A DNA stretch of 63,214 nucleotides, filler included, from Octopus bimaculoides (taxonomy: Eukaryota): the NCBI RefSeq assembly GCF_001194135.2. It is 6 parts of 5 records of this genome, joined end to end, with 100 filler letters (N's around TTAATTAATTAA, not from the genome) between each part and the next. Parts side by side here need not be neighbours in the genome. Positions count along the whole stretch, not along the records: positions 60,409 to 63,214 come from NC_068993.1; 5 more parts are not named here. One strand, written 5' to 3'. The position numbers and the translations under genes are program-made. Every line of letters starts with the position of its first letter. Within the stretch, counting starts at the first letter, position 1. Of this stretch, positions 61,116 to 63,214 are shown piece by piece. The notes beneath the pieces were generated by a model that was given only the letters and a program-made list of their open reading frames with translations, was not told where the DNA came from and ran no database searches.

Positions 61116-63147
61116 NNNNNNNNNNNNNNNNNNNNNNNNNNNNNNNNNNNNNNNNNNNNNNNNNNNNNNNNNNNNNNNNNNNNNNNNNNNNNNNNNNNNN
61201 NNNNNNNNNNNNNNNNNNNNNNNNNNNNNNNNNNNNNNNNNNNNNNNNNNNNNNNNNNNNNNNNNNNNNNNNNNNNNNNNNNNNNNNNNNNNNNNNNNNN
61301 NNNNNNNNNNNNNNNNNNNNNNNNNNNNNNNNNNNNNNNNNNNNNNNNNNNNNNNNNNNNNNNNNNNNNNNNNNNNNNNNNNNNNNNNNNNNNNNNNNNN
61401 NNNNNNNNNNNNNNNNNNNNNNNNNNNNNNNNNNNNNNNNNNNNNNNNNNNNNNNNNNNNNNNNNNNNNNNNNNNNNNNNNNNNNNNNNNNNNNNNNNNN
61501 NNNNNNNNNNNNNNNNNNNNNNNNNNNNNNNNNNNNNNNNNNNNNNNNNNNNNNNNNNNNNNNNNNNNNNNNNNNNNNNNNNNNNNNNNNNNNNNNNNNN
61601 NNNNNNNNNNNNNNNNNNNNNNNNNNNNNNNNNNNNNNNNNNNNNNNNNNNNNNNNNNNNNNNNNNNNNNNNNNNNNNNNNNNNNNNNNNNNNNNNNNNN
61701 NNNNNNNNNNNNNNNNNNNNNNNNNNNNNNNNNNNNNNNNNNNNNNNNNNNNNNNNNNNNNNNNNNNNNNNNNNNNNNNNNNNNNNNNNNNNNNNNNNNN
61801 NNNNNNNNNNNNNNNNNNNNNNNNNNNNNNNNNNNNNNNNNNNNNNNNNNNNNNNNNNNNNNNNNNNNNNNNNNNNNNNNNNNNNNNNNNNNNNNNNNNN
61901 NNNNNNNNNNNNNNNNNNNNNNNNNNNNNNNNNNNNNNNNNNNNNNNNNNNNNNNNNNNNNNNNNNNNNNNNNNNNNNNNNNNNNNNNNNNNNNNNNNNN
62001 NAACGCGTTCATGTAACAGCTACAAAAACAGGAATCACCAGAAATAAATAAGGAATCGATTAAAAACTATTTTTATTTTTATATCGAAGAAACGCTTTAC
62101 AAATTAATTTGCGAGTGTGTGTGTTTGTGTATGTGTGTGTGTATGCGCGTGTGTGTGTGTTACGTCAAACTTTTAAAATACTATAATTTTTTGTTATTAT
62201 AAAACTACAAAATATAAGGGTTTTTTTTTTTGTTTCTTTAAAGTTTATCTTATTTCCAAATTGTTGTTTTTTGAACATTAAGGCGTCGAGCGTTAAAGAA
62301 TTCTCCTTCTGGCTTTCTAGAAATCAAATAAAATCATTAAATATCTGAAATAGTTTGTTGTCTTGTTTCTTTCATTTTATTTCCGTGAAGTTTCAATTTC
62401 CATTTTCTGTAAAGACGTTCGAAATTATTTCAACAAACCTATCAAAATCTAGCGTCAAAGAACTTCCATAAGATTTAGCAATTCCTCATAGAAACTCAAA
62501 TTGTCTTCGTGTGACGACAGCAAACTAGTTATCGGGAAAAGCAAAACTAGTTAGATTTTTATCAATATTGACACACACAAACACACACACACAAGTGTGA
62601 ATATATGGATATATAAATGTATAGGTATATAAGTATATATACATTTGGATATGCATATATATGTATATATATATACATGAACATGTATGTATGTATATAT
62701 GTATCNNNNNNNNNNCACACACATACACATACACACTTATGTGACCGAGTAAAACGACTTCATTAACTCTGTATGTCCATGCAAACATTCCAAGAGTCTA
62801 AGAAGTTCTTGTGCGTGAATTTGTTTTGAGTGGATTAAGTTTTTCACAGCAATGAACTCACATTCCACCACAATCACCAATAAAACCAGTGGCACATCAG
62901 GAGTTGAGGCCACCAGAAACCAACTGCTCTTCAAATTTACGTCACGAGTTTACCTTTTCCTTTAAAGATGTTCTAACGAGAACCAGGTGTTCTTTACTCT
63001 TGGCGATTCGTGCTATTTGACCCATACCTGGGATCCTAACTGGTGTGTGAATCTGAGAGGGGAATACGATGAATAAAATCATAGCTAACTGATCTTGCGG
63101 TATTTTTTTTTACCCAAACCCAGGGACCTTTAAGCAGCCCTCGTATG

Positions 63148-63214
<67 letters not shown>

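Noticed and set aside
30470-62051. Long ORFs of 200-378 aa in the track
   Set aside because: They are long only because they read through N gaps (X runs) and TA/CA repeats.

Overview
Eukaryotic, AT-rich, repeat-dominated DNA from a draft assembly (about 6.5 kb, roughly 10%, is N). The SINE families and extreme (TA/TG/CATA/triplet) microsatellite load best fit an octopus-type cephalopod genome; this rests on recognition from memory, not a database search. I cannot support any intact host protein-coding gene, and nearly all ORFs in the track are microsatellite or N-gap artefacts. Supported content: (1) a three-gene tRNA-Leu cluster at 34.8-35.8 kb: one complete Leu(TAA), one Leu(TAA) that has lost its variable arm, and one inverted paralogue switched to CAA; (2) more than 30 full or partial tRNA-derived SINEs from at least five modular families; (3) fossil transposases and retroelements: two DD37D (maT-type) Tc1/mariner relics, a Gypsy-type gag, an RTE-like LINE 3' end encoding three C2H2 fingers, an RLE-type (R4/Dong/NeSL-like) zinc-knuckle fragment, a Penelope-like RT fragment, a hAT-like MITE and other LINE 3' ends; (4) several degenerate hammerhead-ribozyme-like cores of the minimal Penelope type; (5) local rearrangement scars (microhomology deletions, a templated insertion into a SINE, a fold-back transposon end). 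Five N44-TTAATTAATTAA-N44 blocks and several gap-flanking duplications are assembly artefacts. I found no clear novel multi-gene system. The best leads are the tRNA-Leu cluster, the hammerhead-like relics and the three-finger RTE tail.
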